Source: a virus
Taxonomy: Duplodnaviria; Caudoviricetes
IMG/VR virus record: IMGVR_UViG_3300029318_000037
Span: 1-35,731 of that record
Strand: one strand, 5' to 3'
Length of the DNA stretch: 35,731 nucleotides
Shown here: in pieces, positions 34,225 to 35,731 of the stretch
Layout of the letters: each line of letters opens with the position of its first letter
Position numbering within the stretch: the stretch's first letter is position 1
Program-made: the position numbers and the translations under genes
The notes under the pieces: generated by a model
The model's input: the letters and a program-made list of their open reading frames with translations, nothing else
Database searches by the model: none
What the model was told of the DNA's origin: nothing

Positions 34225-35731
34225 ATGGCTTCTATCTTTGACCGCTTTAAATCCTTACTTACTAAAAACGCACAACAAACAGCACAAGAATATAATCGCG
34301 CTATATATAACTGGTTGGGCGAAAGTGTTGTTTGGAATCCAGAAAACAATGACACTTACATAAATGAGGGTTATAGAAAAAACGCAACTATATATTCTTT
34401 GATAAATATTATAACAAAAGCTGCAACTACAATTCCATTTCAAATTTATGAAATAGAAAACAAAGCGGACTACAAAAGATATAAGGCAATGACTAGTGGC
34501 GCAATTGATCCTAATATTTTACACAAGTCAGAAATATTAAAAAAACGTGCATTAGTAGAAATACAAGATACTGAATTACACATGTTATTGGATAGACCAA
34601 ATCCATCGCAATCTTATAATTCGTTTATTACTGAATTAATAGCATTTGGTAAATTAACAGGTAACAGATACATTTACGGTATTGCTCCAGAATCAGGTAA
34701 TAATGCTGGTAAATATAAAGAAATGTATGTAATGCCATCGCAGATCATGGAAATTATTTCTGGTGGTATTATGCAACCTGTAAAAAAATATAAATTACAA
34801 TACAATGGTAATTATGATATACCAGCTGAAGCTGTATGTCATATAAAAGATTTTAACCCATACTATGATGGGACAGGTACACATTTATATGGACAATCAC
34901 CACTGCGTGCTGGATTACGCTCATTAACCACTAATAATGAAGCAACACAAACAGGCGTAAAATATCTGCAAAATCAAACAGCACGCGGTGTACTTATGAG
35001 TGAAGAAGGTGATATAAATGAAGTGCAAGCACAACAATTAAAAGATAAATTTCGTCAAGCGCATCAAGGATCAAATAATGCTGGTGATATTATTATAACA
35101 CCAAAAAAATTAAGTTGGGTTAACTTTGGTTTGAATGCTGCTGACGTTTCACTTATAGAGCAATACAATGCATCTATAAAAGATTTATGTAATATTTATC
35201 ACGTGCCTGTACAGTTGTTAAACAATACAGAATCAAGCACTTACAATAACATGAAGGAAGCTAAAAAAGCATTATATCAAAATGCTGTTATTCCTGAATT
35301 ATGTAAAATACGTGATGAATTAAATAGATGGTTAACACCAATGTATGGTGAAAAATTATGTATTGATTTTGATTTTAGTATTATACCAGAACTACAAGAA
35401 GAAACTGATAAAATAGTAAATCAAATGTCACAGGCGTGGTGGTTAACGCCAAATGAAAAACGTACTGCTATGAATTATGGTGAAGATGAGGATAATGAAA
35501 TAATGAATGATTATTATATACCAGCTAATTTAATACCAGTAAAAGACATGTCATCTATAAATGAGCCAGAGCAAATTGACATTGAAGTCGATAAACTGTT
35601 TAAGCAAAAAATACCAGCATTTCATGACGCATTTACTACGCAAGAAGAAGCAGAACAAAGAGCAAGGGAAATGGGCTGGGACGGTCAAGGTGTAGGTTTT
35701 CACAGACATACCTACGATGGGCGAACAATCT
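34225..35731 (+). CDS. Portal protein (HK97 family), open at the window end; absent from ORF track
   Basis: Own translation: MASIFDRFK..., LL.RPNP.Q, LTGN.YI, HIKDFNP, YGQSPL, STYNN and WLTPNEKR; no stop codon before 35731. Confidence 0.92.
   Translation, partial: MASIFDRFKSLLTKNAQQTAQEYNRAIYNWLGESVVWNPENNDTYINEGYRKNATIYSLINIITKAATTIPFQIYEIENKADYKRYKAMTSGAIDPNILHKSEILKKRALVEIQDTELHMLLDRPNPSQSYNSFITELIAFGKLTGNRYIYGIAPESGNNAGKYKEMYVMPSQIMEIISGGIMQPVKKYKLQYNGNYDIPAEAVCHIKDFNPYYDGTGTHLYGQSPLRAGLRSLTTNNEATQTGVKYLQNQTARGVLMSEEGDINEVQAQQLKDKFRQAHQGSNNAGDIIITPKKLSWVNFGLNAADVSLIEQYNASIKDLCNIYHVPVQLLNNTESSTYNNMKEAKKALYQNAVIPELCKIRDELNRWLTPMYGEKLCIDFDFSIIPELQEETDKIVNQMSQAWWLTPNEKRTAMNYGEDEDNEIMNDYYIPANLIPVKDMSSINEPEQIDIEVDKLFKQKIPAFHDAFTTQEEAEQRAREMGWDGQGVGFHRHTYDGRTI

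Larger units (their letters stand above)
1..35731 (+). mobile_element. Near-complete siphovirus-type phage genome (HK97-like head), circularly permuted, probable Bacteroidota host
   Basis: Full set of terminase, portal, protease, capsid, neck, tail, lysis and replication genes. The portal ORF is open at the right end and the head genes resume at the left end. Confidence 0.93.

Noticed and set aside
1-35731. Alternative genetic code or tRNA genes
   Set aside because: Standard-code ORFs tile the genome densely and no intergenic space showed a cloverleaf.

Overview
This is an apparently complete, circularly permuted ~35.7-kb genome of an AT-rich tailed phage with a long non-contractile tail (HK97-type head). 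All credible genes are on the + strand. The host is very likely Bacteroidota (Flavobacteriia-like), based on repeated TAnnTTTG promoters, A-rich starts without Shine-Dalgarno sites and Gln-after-signal-peptide exported proteins. Gene order: end of portal / MuF / protease / capsid, an inserted accessory cassette, head-tail joining genes, a module of exported and membrane proteins including a probable outer-membrane beta-barrel, M15 endolysin and holin, a 3052-aa modular tail fibre, two tail-tube paralogs, frameshifted tail chaperones, tape measure, tail tip, recombination and replication genes, terminase, and a portal that runs off the right end towards position 1. No integrase, DNA polymerase, tRNA, CRISPR or reverse transcriptase was seen. 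The most unusual elements are the envelope module next to the lysis genes (no canonical spanin pair was recognised), a portal probably extended by three extra domains at possible protease sites, and the giant fibre linked to a second Trp-tailed tube paralog. Family assignments come from motif recognition, not database searches.
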